Shown: positions 23,593 to 32,559 of the stretch, one piece after another
Position numbering within the stretch: position 1 is the stretch's first letter
Layout: each line of letters begins with the position of its first letter
Source: a virus
Taxonomy: Duplodnaviria; Caudoviricetes
Virus record (IMG/VR): IMGVR_UViG_3300037418_002116
DNA length: 64,000 bases
Reading direction: 5' to 3' (one strand)
Notes under the pieces: generated by a model
Seen by the model: the letters and a program-made list of their open reading frames with translations, nothing else
Told to the model about the DNA's origin: nothing
The model's database searches: none
Program-made: the position numbers and the translations under genes

Positions 23593-24395
23593 TCACCCTG
23601 TGATACGTCGTAACCGTTGTTAGACGAATATTCTTTCTGCGATTGTTTCTTGTATTCAATGCGGCGATTTGGGATGTAATCCGCAACCGAATAGCCAGCG
23701 GCTATGGCCTCGTCATAGTACTGCTTGAAAATGTCCACACAATCGGGCCTGCGATGGCGTACAAGCGGTCCATCGTACCAATGCTTAGCTTGACCGCCCA
23801 AACGTTCGACGGCCATGTGAACGCCCGGATTCGAGCGCATATCAGTGAAGTGTAGCAGCCCCATATCTTCGATCTTCATGTTCTCGCCGTCATAGCAATT
23901 CCAGCGATCATCAACGATTGTGGTCTTTGGGAAGGTCTGTTGCTTCATCCATTCCGTGAAGAATGGCTTGGTGATCACGTCTCGAATCGATGCATTGCCT
24001 TGCTGGATATCCGCTCCAAACTTGGCGCAATCGATCACCGACACACAATGGCGAATTTCGAAGTTCGGGAGCTTCTTCCCGGTCATCACATCCTTATCGG
24101 CTATCGTGCTGTTCAGAAGCTTGACCGGATCATCCAACCACAATTGATCATCGTCGCAATAAATTGCTCGACCTTCGAAATTGCAATATTCGGCAATTCC
24201 ATAACGAAAACCCGAGAATGGAGTAGACCAAGTTTCCGTGTTCCAACCAAACCAGAACGACTCCGGATCATCTGAAATCTTCATCCATTCGATATCAACG
24301 GGTTCAGACGAATGCTTTCGCACCGAATATTCAAATACCATCTGACATTCGGCACAGCCGCCATTAGCATCAGTTCCTACGAATATTTTTACCAT
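23589..24395 (-). CDS. Glycosyltransferase (GT8-like)
   Basis: WSTPFSGFRY, RAIYCDDDQL, WNCYD, LLHFTDM. Confidence 0.8.
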   Translation of the reverse strand: MVKIFVGTDANGGCAECQMVFEYSVRKHSSEPVDIEWMKISDDPESFWFGWNTETWSTPFSGFRYGIAEYCNFEGRAIYCDDDQLWLDDPVKLLNSTIADKDVMTGKKLPNFEIRHCVSVIDCAKFGADIQQGNASIRDVITKPFFTEWMKQQTFPKTTIVDDRWNCYDGENMKIEDMGLLHFTDMRSNPGVHMAVERLGGQAKHWYDGPLVRHRRPDCVDIFKQYYDEAIAAGYSVADYIPNRRIEYKKQSQKEYSSNNGYDVSQGE

Positions 24396-24529
24396 TTACT
24401 CTTGTTACCCAAAGTTGATCTTCGACACATGTTGATACAGTGTTACTAAAATACTTGTCCATTTCTTCTAGAGTCATAGCTCTTCCGAAGTATTCCACAA
24501 ACTCTATTTCATCTTTTATTTGGATGATT

Positions 24530-25123
24530 TCAGTGTTTGCCATTTATGAACATCTTTCCGGTTCGTTTGATGAAACCTTTCCTCATAGTGGAAGCGGCAC
24601 GTATTTTATCGGTTCCCGCTTTGGAATACGTGAAACCGTATTTCGAAAACATCTCAACCCAATACTCTTCCGTCTGTAGATTGACATGGTGATGACCCCA
24701 CGTTTCACCCGGTAAACCGTGTGTGCAGATAACGATCTTGCATCTCTGGAATGTATCCATGATGTTTGGAATGTATTTTTCTTCGACGTGTTCTAGGAAT
24801 TCTGTCGAAAGCCCTACCTCGAATCGAGTGAGGTTTAAATCCCACCGGTCATGATCGCCGTCATCCCAACTCATCTGCGGGGGAAGCCTGCCCTTGGTGT
24901 AGTCGTGTGGGGCAATGAGAGGCATATTAGGAGCATTCAAACGCAATAACTCGGGATCACCATCGATGCCTATAGCCTCCATCCCAAGCTCACGGGCAAG
25001 CTTCACGTTGCCTGCCGGGCCGCAACCCACATCGATAAGGGTCTTATACCCACAAAATTGCAGAAGCTTCAAAAGCCCTTCATCGATATGCGTAATCCAT
25101 TGATGCCCGCCAAGATGGTTCAT
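24530..25123 (-). CDS. Class I SAM-dependent methyltransferase
   Basis: LIDVGCGPAG, STEFLEHVEE, HHVNLQTEEYW. Confidence 0.85.
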   Translation of the reverse strand: MNHLGGHQWITHIDEGLLKLLQFCGYKTLIDVGCGPAGNVKLARELGMEAIGIDGDPELLRLNAPNMPLIAPHDYTKGRLPPQMSWDDGDHDRWDLNLTRFEVGLSTEFLEHVEEKYIPNIMDTFQRCKIVICTHGLPGETWGHHHVNLQTEEYWVEMFSKYGFTYSKAGTDKIRAASTMRKGFIKRTGKMFINGKH

Positions 25124-25801
25124 TTATTTCGATTTTCCGAGAACATCAATAAGATTGTTGATATCAGATGGAGCCGTTGTCTTGGCCTTCGTTATGTTGG
25201 GGAATTCCTCGAATTGGATATGACCAATGATGTTTTCGAACAACTTACCATCCACAAAGACCTGAACAGAGTAAGCACCATTTTCCTTAAGGGAAGTTTG
25301 TAGGTCAAACCATGGACAATCTTCAAAATCTTTGAAGAACGAATCAATTTCGGTCAAATTCACATTGGCTTCCATCTGCGTTCGCCAACGCATACCAGCC
25401 GATATTTTGCGGAAGTCTCCCATCGCCTTTGGGAATTTATTTCGCAAATCTTCGGTGATAGATGTGCTCGTTTTCTTCGGTTCCTTTTTCTTAAGCTCAC
25501 CATTAATGAATTCGAATGCCGTCTTAGGGCCATTACGAATTTTTTCCTGTTTGGCGTGTTCTGCAATTGCGGCAACTGCCGAAGAAATTACAGACTTATC
25601 TAGTTCAAGCTTTTCAACATCATTGGCAAACTTCAACCAAAGTTGAATGTAGTCACCAATACGATTGAGCGTGGCAGTCGGAAATTCTTTGGAAGAATTG
25701 TATTGTTTTTCACGAAAATGTGTGAGAACAGTTTGACCATAGAGATTTGCCAATGCTTCTGCTTGATCTCTAAGGTCTTTCGATGTGGGTAGTTTAGTCA
25801 A
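25124..25801 (-). CDS. Hypothetical protein
   Basis: 225-aa ORF in the operon. Confidence 0.75.
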   Translation of the reverse strand: MTKLPTSKDLRDQAEALANLYGQTVLTHFREKQYNSSKEFPTATLNRIGDYIQLWLKFANDVEKLELDKSVISSAVAAIAEHAKQEKIRNGPKTAFEFINGELKKKEPKKTSTSITEDLRNKFPKAMGDFRKISAGMRWRTQMEANVNLTEIDSFFKDFEDCPWFDLQTSLKENGAYSVQVFVDGKLFENIIGHIQFEEFPNITKAKTTAPSDINNLIDVLGKSK

Positions 25802-26513
25802 TATCTATTATTCCTATCTTATATTCTAATGGGTCTTTGTAAATCTCTCCGGGATATGCCAAAGGGTTACATACCACTTTCGTGTTACCTATGGTGTATT
25901 CATGCTTGTGGTGAACGTGCCCGCATATCCAAAGCTTAATGCTCGATTTCGCAATCTCGTTACCAAGTTCTGGAATGAATATCTTGTTCGATATCTCTTC
26001 CCCTTGAAATTTTGGTCCTACAGAAAGCCATGACGGCGGGTTGTGCGTCATCACTACATCATAGATTCCGTCGAAGATCAGCCTTTTGTGATTTTGGAAA
26101 ACTTCCTTGATACCGGCAACCGAAATGTTTCGGACGGCTCGTGCATCAGACATGTAGCTTTTGAACGCATATTCGGCTCGGGAATCATTATGGAAATCGG
26201 TCCAGAGAGTCCCACAAAAGACGTTTAGATGTTTCCCCATTAGATTGTTGACGGAATGATGCTCGTCAAAGAATTCTTCATAATAGAAATCGTGGTTACC
26301 CAGAGTTTCCATGTACCGAATTCCCGGTAGGTTCTTGAACGCTTGCCGGGCTTCGTATCCAGCGATACGAAAAAGACTGTTGCACATATCGCCAGCAAAC
26401 ATCAGCAACTCCACGCCTTCACTTGTGGCTTGGTCGCAAATGTTCTGAACTATTTGGGTTGCTTGTCTCGGATAGAAGTCAAGATGAAGGTCTGAAAAAT
26501 AGCCTATACGCAA
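25794..26513 (-). CDS. Calcineurin-like metallophosphoesterase
   Basis: SDLH, AGD, GNHD, THNPP, GHVH motifs; TTG start. Confidence 0.92.
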   Translation of the reverse strand: MRIGYFSDLHLDFYPRQATQIVQNICDQATSEGVELLMFAGDMCNSLFRIAGYEARQAFKNLPGIRYMETLGNHDFYYEEFFDEHHSVNNLMGKHLNVFCGTLWTDFHNDSRAEYAFKSYMSDARAVRNISVAGIKEVFQNHKRLIFDGIYDVVMTHNPPSWLSVGPKFQGEEISNKIFIPELGNEIAKSSIKLWICGHVHHKHEYTIGNTKVVCNPLAYPGEIYKDPLEYKIGIIDID

Positions 26514-26515
26514 AA

Positions 26516-26779
26516 TTAACCATTCAATAGAGAAAGCTCCAATTCCTTATCGGCATCACTCTTGTTGCGCCACTTGGTATAAAGGTCCAAGTAGAGAGCG
26601 TATAAATCTTCGATTTTGGAGCTATTAGATTCATAGAAGAATATACAGAATGTTGGACCAAAAGTCAAGTAAATTGATAGTTGACCGATGCTTTTTTCAA
26701 AACGGATGTAGGCTACATCTGAAAGATTAAGAGTTACACACTGACCACCATACTCTACTTTGATAATATTCGAAGCCAT
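26516..26779 (-). CDS. Hypothetical protein
   Basis: 87-aa ORF with AAGGA RBS. Confidence 0.65.
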   Translation of the reverse strand: MASNIIKVEYGGQCVTLNLSDVAYIRFEKSIGQLSIYLTFGPTFCIFFYESNSSKIEDLYALYLDLYTKWRNKSDADKELELSLLNG

Positions 26780-26845
26780 TTCAGTCCTTTAAGTTGTATA
26801 TTTCTATATATAGCAAGATAGTTTGTACTAAACATAAGGATACAC

Positions 26846-27019
26846 ATGACAATTTCACACAAAGGGGCTTGTCCCTGTGATGATTTCGAATTCACTTTGA
26901 GATACACCAGCCCATCCGAAGAAGCTGTAACGCTCTTCTGTCCATTCTGTGGTGTGGAAATCGAACAAGAGGAACCGGATACAGAGGACGAAGAAGCCAG
27001 CATTTATGACGACGAATAA
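26846..27019 (+). CDS. Small Zn-ribbon protein with acidic tail (57 aa)
   Basis: AAGGA RBS; MTISHKGACPC...FCPFCG...EEPDTEDEEASIYDDE*. Confidence 0.75.
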   Translation: MTISHKGACPCDDFEFTLRYTSPSEEAVTLFCPFCGVEIEQEEPDTEDEEASIYDDE

Positions 27020-27461
27020 TGTCTGGGAATTCGAAGGGCAAGAATTTGATGGTGACGTGAGCGCCTATGTCGGCTTCATCTATCGGCTGACAAATCTCGA
27101 TACCGGAAAAAAATATATTGGGAAAAAAACTTTCTGGACTCCGAAAGTTTCCCAAAAAAAGAATAAGAAGACCGGGAAGGTCAAGAAAACCCGTACCAAG
27201 GTTCCATCCGACTGGAAAGAGTACGTATCGTCTAACGATGAAATCAAAGCACTAGCAGCATCCGGCGTTCAGTTCAAAAAGGAAATTCTTCACTTCTGCA
27301 AATCCAAGGCAGAAATGACCTATTATGAATCGAAAATCCAATTCGAATTGGATGTTCTGCTACGGGACGATTATTATAACGGATGGATTATGTGTCGAGT
27401 GAGAAAGGCTCATTTGAAGAGCCTTCAAGCTTCATCCTCGATTGGTTCATCAGCCCAATAA
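27006..27461 (+). CDS. GIY-YIG (Seg-like) endonuclease
   Basis: GFIYRLTN...KKYIGKK, YYES, YYNGWI; likely start ATG 27006. Confidence 0.85.
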   Translation: MTTNNVWEFEGQEFDGDVSAYVGFIYRLTNLDTGKKYIGKKTFWTPKVSQKKNKKTGKVKKTRTKVPSDWKEYVSSNDEIKALAASGVQFKKEILHFCKSKAEMTYYESKIQFELDVLLRDDYYNGWIMCRVRKAHLKSLQASSSIGSSAQ

Positions 27462-27604
27462 TTCGGATTGGTGAGAACGTCCGGACGGTATTTCGAGAGT
27501 TTTTCTTTCTCGCAATCCTCACAGACACGGGCAAGCTCAATGCCACGGGCATCCTTTGCCCACCAGCTAGGCTTGCCCGAACCACATGAACATGGCTTAG
27601 TCAT
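27425..27604 (-). CDS. Small Cys-motif (Zn-binding) protein
   Basis: MTKPCSCG...VCEDC; ATG 27604 overlapping the upstream stop. Confidence 0.7.
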   Translation of the reverse strand: MTKPCSCGSGKPSWWAKDARGIELARVCEDCEKEKLSKYRPDVLTNPNYWADEPIEDEA

Positions 27605-28148
27605 AATCGTTTTCCTCACCAACCTTGAACACCGCAACAAAGGCATTGGCGCAACCGGACAGACCGGTTGACTTGCGACCGCCCGTGGTGATCTTGGCGA
27701 TGGCCGGGAACCACCGGCTTTCCTCATGCAGACCCATTTGCTTCTGAATTCTCGACTTGCCCGAGTATCCAGCGACCGGAATCCACTTCCGCCCATACTT
27801 GGCGGCATCTTCGTCGGAAAGCTTCCACTTCCGAACCATCGGCGCATTCCACTGGTCGGGACGGAACTTGTCCGCAAACCGGTAAATCTTGGAAGCGAGA
27901 ACCTTCCCTTCGGCATCACACAGGACCGGGAACTGACTGTATCCGCCCGTCTTAAGAAGGTTTGCCTTCTCACGATTCAAGTCGGCGGTAATGCCACTCG
28001 CCCACTGCGAAAGGAAGCCATCCGTATCACAACGCTGGAAAGACTCTTCCTTCATTTCGAGAGCCCGCTTGCCTTCGGCAGTCAAAGCCTCAATCTGGGC
28101 AATCTGTTCAGCGGTCGGGGCGGGAGCTTCGGTCAAGAACATCGTCAT
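27597..28148 (-). CDS. Early hypothetical protein
   Basis: 183-aa ORF with AGAGGA RBS directly under an early promoter. Confidence 0.85.
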   Translation of the reverse strand: MTMFLTEAPAPTAEQIAQIEALTAEGKRALEMKEESFQRCDTDGFLSQWASGITADLNREKANLLKTGGYSQFPVLCDAEGKVLASKIYRFADKFRPDQWNAPMVRKWKLSDEDAAKYGRKWIPVAGYSGKSRIQKQMGLHEESRWFPAIAKITTGGRKSTGLSGCANAFVAVFKVGEENDYD

Positions 28149-28171
28149 TCCTCTTTCTCTCTACATTCATC

Positions 28172-28199
28172 AATATAATGAAAATTTAGAGAGTGTCAA
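28172..28199 (-). promoter_or_regulatory. Early sigma70-type promoter
   Basis: TTGACA, 16-nt spacer, TATATT. Confidence 0.78.
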
Positions 28200-28208
28200 C
28201 ACCTTTTT

Positions 28209-28463
28209 TCAACCGGGATAATGTTGGTCGATCAAAGAATGATCAATTATGCAGACAAATTCGTCACCCGGCTTATGAGCGGCGTTCCAATATTCTAAAC
28301 AGGAATGGCCGTCGTCATTCACCAGTGAAATAATATCGGATTGCGGACATTTGAGCCCCTGTGCACATTGGCGCACAGACGGCCATTCGGTCATGCCAGA
28401 CCGAATCCAGAACTTACAGGCGTATTCCTGTAGACGTTCAATCGTCAAATAGCTCGTCTTCAT
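28209..28463 (-). CDS. Hypothetical protein
   Basis: Likely start ATG 28463 (MKTSYLT). Confidence 0.6.
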   Translation of the reverse strand: MKTSYLTIERLQEYACKFWIRSGMTEWPSVRQCAQGLKCPQSDIISLVNDDGHSCLEYWNAAHKPGDEFVCIIDHSLIDQHYPG

Positions 28464-28605
28464 CGATTTCACGGAGTCCCTTCTCGATATCATCGGCTTC
28501 GTCCCGACGATTGTAGGGTTCGAAATACGGGTTGCCCACGCCCTTCTCACGGAAGAGCTTGCTTTCAAACATTGCCTTGGCAATGGGATTTCTGGAACCA
28601 CGCAT
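28438..28605 (-). CDS. Small hypothetical protein
   Basis: AGGAGGG RBS, ATG 28605 (MRGSRNP), acidic C-terminus. Confidence 0.65.
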   Translation of the reverse strand: MRGSRNPIAKAMFESKLFREKGVGNPYFEPYNRRDEADDIEKGLREIDEDELFDD

Positions 28606-28633
28606 TTTTATCCCCTCCTTCAATTCTCCCTTT

Positions 28634-28662
28634 TATATAATCAGAATATTTATCAATGTCAA
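28634..28662 (-). promoter_or_regulatory. sigma70-type promoter with embedded GATAAATA
   Basis: TTGACA, 17-nt spacer, TATATA. Confidence 0.65.
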
Positions 28663-28726
28663 CAATACAAACGGAAAAAGGCGACATTGCTGCCGCCTTT
28701 CACCTACCGAAGTGCGCTTGGGAGGA

Positions 28727-29392
28727 TTACGCTTCGATGGTGATTTCCGTCTTGGCATCACGGATCAGGTTCGCAACGCCGGTCTGGCCATTTTCTTCCA
28801 AGATGGTCAGGGCGAGAGCGAGCTTGTCGTTGGCCCGGTCGATGTTGGCACGTGGCGGCATCGATGCAGCAAGCTGCATTGTCTCACGTGGTTCCTGCAC
28901 GACCGGCGCTGGCGGTGCCGGCTGTTCCGTCACCGGAGCTTGCTTGGCCTTGCGGTTGTAGACACGCACGTCCACATGATAGCCGAACACTTCGGCAATC
29001 TTGTTGCGAAGCTGGTAGCCGAACGTCTTCATGTTCTTGTCGGCATCGGCATCCACATTGCGGTAGATGTTCTGTGCGATGTCGAACATGGTCTTGGCTT
29101 CCTTGTCGGTGACCGAAATTTCCGGTCCCCATTCACGTCCACCAGCCTTGGTGATGCCAGCCTTGTTGAGCTTGGCCTGAATGCCCTTGGGGAACTTTTC
29201 AAGGAACTTCTTGTCCTTGAAAATTGCCAAGGGAAAACGGACCAACTTCGTTTCCGGCAGTGTGGCATTGCTGTTGTCGGCCTTCGCCTTCGGCGTTGCC
29301 TTCGGGGCCGGAGCCGACTTTTCCGATACATTTCCCTGTGCCGCATTGATAGCGGCTTCGGATGTACCAGCTTCGTGGTTCAAGTTTTCCAT
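28727..29392 (-). CDS. Hypothetical Ala/Lys/Pro-rich protein
   Basis: 221-aa ORF, AGGAAGG RBS, GC-rich third positions suggesting high expression. Confidence 0.85.
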   Translation of the reverse strand: MENLNHEAGTSEAAINAAQGNVSEKSAPAPKATPKAKADNSNATLPETKLVRFPLAIFKDKKFLEKFPKGIQAKLNKAGITKAGGREWGPEISVTDKEAKTMFDIAQNIYRNVDADADKNMKTFGYQLRNKIAEVFGYHVDVRVYNRKAKQAPVTEQPAPPAPVVQEPRETMQLAASMPPRANIDRANDKLALALTILEENGQTGVANLIRDAKTEITIEA

Positions 29393-29586
29393 TGTTGCAC
29401 CTTCCTACTCATTACAAACTTTGCTTTTTCAGAGCAATTTTGGTTCCCCGAACGATTTCGGTTAAGGGGTGATATAGATCGACCACTGAACTTTTGCAAG
29501 AGAAAAATTAGAAAAAACAAGGCGATTCCATCGAAGCTTTTGAAAACTCCAATGGAATCAACAGGTTAGCAGATGCAAATTTTTGG

Positions 29587-31530
29587 TTATTTCGCCACCA
29601 AATCCACGATTTCGCAGTTTCCAGCCACACAAGAAAGCTCTTGGCTACCGGTAGTTTTATCTTCCGTCTCATATTCGGACAGTTTTGACCAGTCAACATC
29701 AGTCGGCATTTTGGCCAAAAGGGCTTCATAGTCTTCTCTAGAGCATTCCTGATACGGAGCTTGCTGATACGTATGATCAGAATGCGGCAGGAACGATACA
29801 CCACCAACATGGTCGAAGTTGTCATAGACCCAAGCACCAACTTGGAACCACTCGTCTTCCTTGACCGTTATGGTGATCGACGGATTATGTTCCGTCCAGA
29901 AAGTTCGGTAGGTTTTCCAAATTTCCAAATGCTGTATGGCAGAAAGCGAGTCTCTGAAAATTGCATGATCCGGCGATTTGATGGGGAACGAAAACACATA
30001 ATTATGGTTTGGGTTCATCACATCATCTTCGAAAACAAAGCCCATGTCAACCATCATTTGCGCCAATGGGTCTTTTTTATCCGCTCTTACGGTACGAATA
30101 TAATATGGAGAGTGGCGGGTATGGATTCCGGAGCTTGCGTCCGTCAATTGGGAGATTGTACCCGATGGCTTGACGGTTGTAATCGCAGCGGATGCCGGAA
30201 TTCCGAGAAATTCTGCAAATTCCTTGTTGACACGGATGGTTTCATTTTTTAATTCCGTCAACCACTGTTCCAACACGGCCAAACCGTTGGAACCATTCAT
30301 GGTTGCATTATCCATAATGCCGGTTAGCGAGACGCCAAGCAAACGCTCTTCGTCACAGTTCTGTTTCCACTTACGATTAATATATTTGAAATCTGTAAGC
30401 GTTGATTGAAATGTTCCGAGAATGGTTGCCAGACGAACTTTGCGTTTCAGGCTTTCTAAATCGTCTGTCGCACGGACAACGACTTCCGATAGATTGCAGA
30501 ATTCATATGGACGGAGGATAATTTCGCCACAAGGGTTAACACCCCAATCCTTTCCGACTTCACGGCGACCAATCTTTTCAACCTGTTTGTCGGCTGCTAC
30601 TCGATTGAAGATGCCACGTTCACCGGACTTGGAACGATAGAGCGCAAGCCACTCTTCCATAAAAATGCCAATTTCTGGCTTTTCTGTATAGGCAGCGGAA
30701 TTGTTCGCAATGGAGCGTTGTGGGTTGACTTCCCACCACTGTCCCGACTTCGCATTGCGCATACGGTCATCAGACAGATTGGAAAGCGAGATAAGGGCCG
30801 AGCGGCGAACACCGCCGACAACCACGATTTGAGCGATCTTACACACCAAGTCGTGACATTCGACGGAAGTCAGCTTGCGTCCCGCTGCATTGCGGAATAG
30901 GCGCACGGCGAAACGGAAAAGGTCTTCCAATGGTCCCGGCCCGGAAGAGCGACCACCGAAGGTCTTAAGGCGGGCACCAGCCGGACGGAGCTTGGACGTG
31001 TCCCACTTTGGAATCTGTCCACCATATAGAAGGTGGATAAGCTCTTTCAGTGCCTTGGCCCAACCAAGCTTGGAATCCGAAACGACAATCGTTGTGTCGG
31101 TTGGGAAAAAATCGTCCGCAATCTCGGGAAGCTTGGAAACAAATTGGCGTTCAACAGAAAAGCCGACGCCAGTACCATTCATAAGAATGTAGAGAATTTC
31201 GTCAAATGCCGTAGTTCTATCAATAGGCAGGAAGGAACAGTTATAACCGGCGATGTTATCACGCTCTAGAGCCGGACCAGCGGTCATGAGCGCTCGCATG
31301 GAAGGCATGACTTCCAAATTCAAAATTGCTTCTTCAAGCTCATTACGGATTTCGCTGATATCGTAGTTATGCAGCTTGCTCAAATGGCCAGAAAAGAAAT
31401 CAAAGTAACGATCTACAGTTTCAGACCAGCTTTCACGTCTATTCTCTGTTTCAAGCCATCTTGAATAGCGTGAAAGGAAAATAAATTGCTGATAAACGTC
31501 CATTCCGTAGTTATTTTTAGTACTAAGCAT
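29587..31530 (-). CDS. nrdJ: Class II (adenosylcobalamin-dependent) ribonucleotide reductase
   Basis: SRYSRW, MPSMRAL, YNCSF, GVGFSVE, NPCGEI, FCNLSE, TTVKPSGT motifs. Confidence 0.93.
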   Translation of the reverse strand: MLSTKNNYGMDVYQQFIFLSRYSRWLETENRRESWSETVDRYFDFFSGHLSKLHNYDISEIRNELEEAILNLEVMPSMRALMTAGPALERDNIAGYNCSFLPIDRTTAFDEILYILMNGTGVGFSVERQFVSKLPEIADDFFPTDTTIVVSDSKLGWAKALKELIHLLYGGQIPKWDTSKLRPAGARLKTFGGRSSGPGPLEDLFRFAVRLFRNAAGRKLTSVECHDLVCKIAQIVVVGGVRRSALISLSNLSDDRMRNAKSGQWWEVNPQRSIANNSAAYTEKPEIGIFMEEWLALYRSKSGERGIFNRVAADKQVEKIGRREVGKDWGVNPCGEIILRPYEFCNLSEVVVRATDDLESLKRKVRLATILGTFQSTLTDFKYINRKWKQNCDEERLLGVSLTGIMDNATMNGSNGLAVLEQWLTELKNETIRVNKEFAEFLGIPASAAITTVKPSGTISQLTDASSGIHTRHSPYYIRTVRADKKDPLAQMMVDMGFVFEDDVMNPNHNYVFSFPIKSPDHAIFRDSLSAIQHLEIWKTYRTFWTEHNPSITITVKEDEWFQVGAWVYDNFDHVGGVSFLPHSDHTYQQAPYQECSREDYEALLAKMPTDVDWSKLSEYETEDKTTGSQELSCVAGNCEIVDLVAK

Positions 31531-31623
31531 ACAAAATCCTTCTTCTTATTATTGTTCATAGGGAGTCTATGTAGCCAACCGGAAATCGGCTACTCTAGAT
31601 TCCAATTCTTTATTGTTAGGTGA

Positions 31624-32559
31624 TTAAGAAATATTTTCCCAAGAATCTGGGATATAATTGCCAGAAATCATCTTTCTGTGCTGTATCCAGCCAAGAAAAT
31701 TCCCATGCTTTTCCGGCGATTCCCACGATTTTCTACCGAAGTGGACATTGCCACCAACGACAATTCGCTTGTCTGGCGTGGCTTGGTGTTCGGCGGGAGA
31801 GGCATGAACTGGCGTCGATCCGACAAGATCGTGGTAACGTTGAAATTCCTTTTCATGGGATGCGTTGCCATCGAACGGTGTATAAGATACACGGGCGGAA
31901 CGGGCGACGGAAAGTTTGATAAGACGTGAGACTCCCTTGGGGACTGATGCTTGTGGCCCTAGGGGAGCTTCCACCAACGTTTCCCATTCATCACGCTCTT
32001 CCTGTGAGACATAAGGAAGATGCCATTCGCCCGGCTTCAACAGCTTTGGTGTCGAATCGGCACGGGCTTCGATGATCTTCTTTGCCAATAGCTCGATTTC
32101 GGGTTGGGCATCCTCATGATCCCGCAATCCGTCGAAATTGGCCCAATGTGTGGAGGAAAGAAGAGCGTCAACATACATGAACGGTTCAATAATGCGACCG
32201 GCCCATTGCTTGTGGAGTCCAAGCTCGAAAAGCTTCGCTGCATAAAGAGCGGCGGATTTAGAAGCCGCTAACCAAAGATTCAAAGCTTCGGCGGCATCTT
32301 CGTCGGTCATAGGTTCCGACGACTGCATTCCCGGCTTATTCTTCTGCCATTTAAGCGGCACAACCGGATTATCGAGAACTTCCTGAATCAGTTTTTTGGT
32401 AGGAACAGCCCGAGTGGAGCGGGCATTTCGTGAAAATTGTCTATGAGTATTGAATTCCGCCAAAATGAAGCGGGGAAATCTTAATTGAAGAGTGGTAAGT
32501 CGAATGCCTTCGTCTGAAATGCTATCTTCGATGACTTGTGCTGAAATTTCCGTTTGCAA
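31624..32559 (-). CDS. thyX: Flavin-dependent thymidylate synthase (ThyX/Thy1-like)
   Basis: FNTHRQFSRNARSTRAVP, HKQWAGR.IEPF, AQPEI, HASPAEHQA; TTG start. Confidence 0.8.
   Translation of the reverse strand: MQTEISAQVIEDSISDEGIRLTTLQLRFPRFILAEFNTHRQFSRNARSTRAVPTKKLIQEVLDNPVVPLKWQKNKPGMQSSEPMTDEDAAEALNLWLAASKSAALYAAKLFELGLHKQWAGRIIEPFMYVDALLSSTHWANFDGLRDHEDAQPEIELLAKKIIEARADSTPKLLKPGEWHLPYVSQEERDEWETLVEAPLGPQASVPKGVSRLIKLSVARSARVSYTPFDGNASHEKEFQRYHDLVGSTPVHASPAEHQATPDKRIVVGGNVHFGRKSWESPEKHGNFLGWIQHRKMISGNYIPDSWENIS

Noticed and set aside
28532-29569. 345-aa plus-strand ORF
   Set aside because: Antisense shadow of a GC3-biased minus-strand gene; no RBS or motif
31563-31602. Hairpin upstream of nrdJ as a cobalamin riboswitch
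   Set aside because: Far too short and lacks B12-box elements; more likely a processing or stabilising stem
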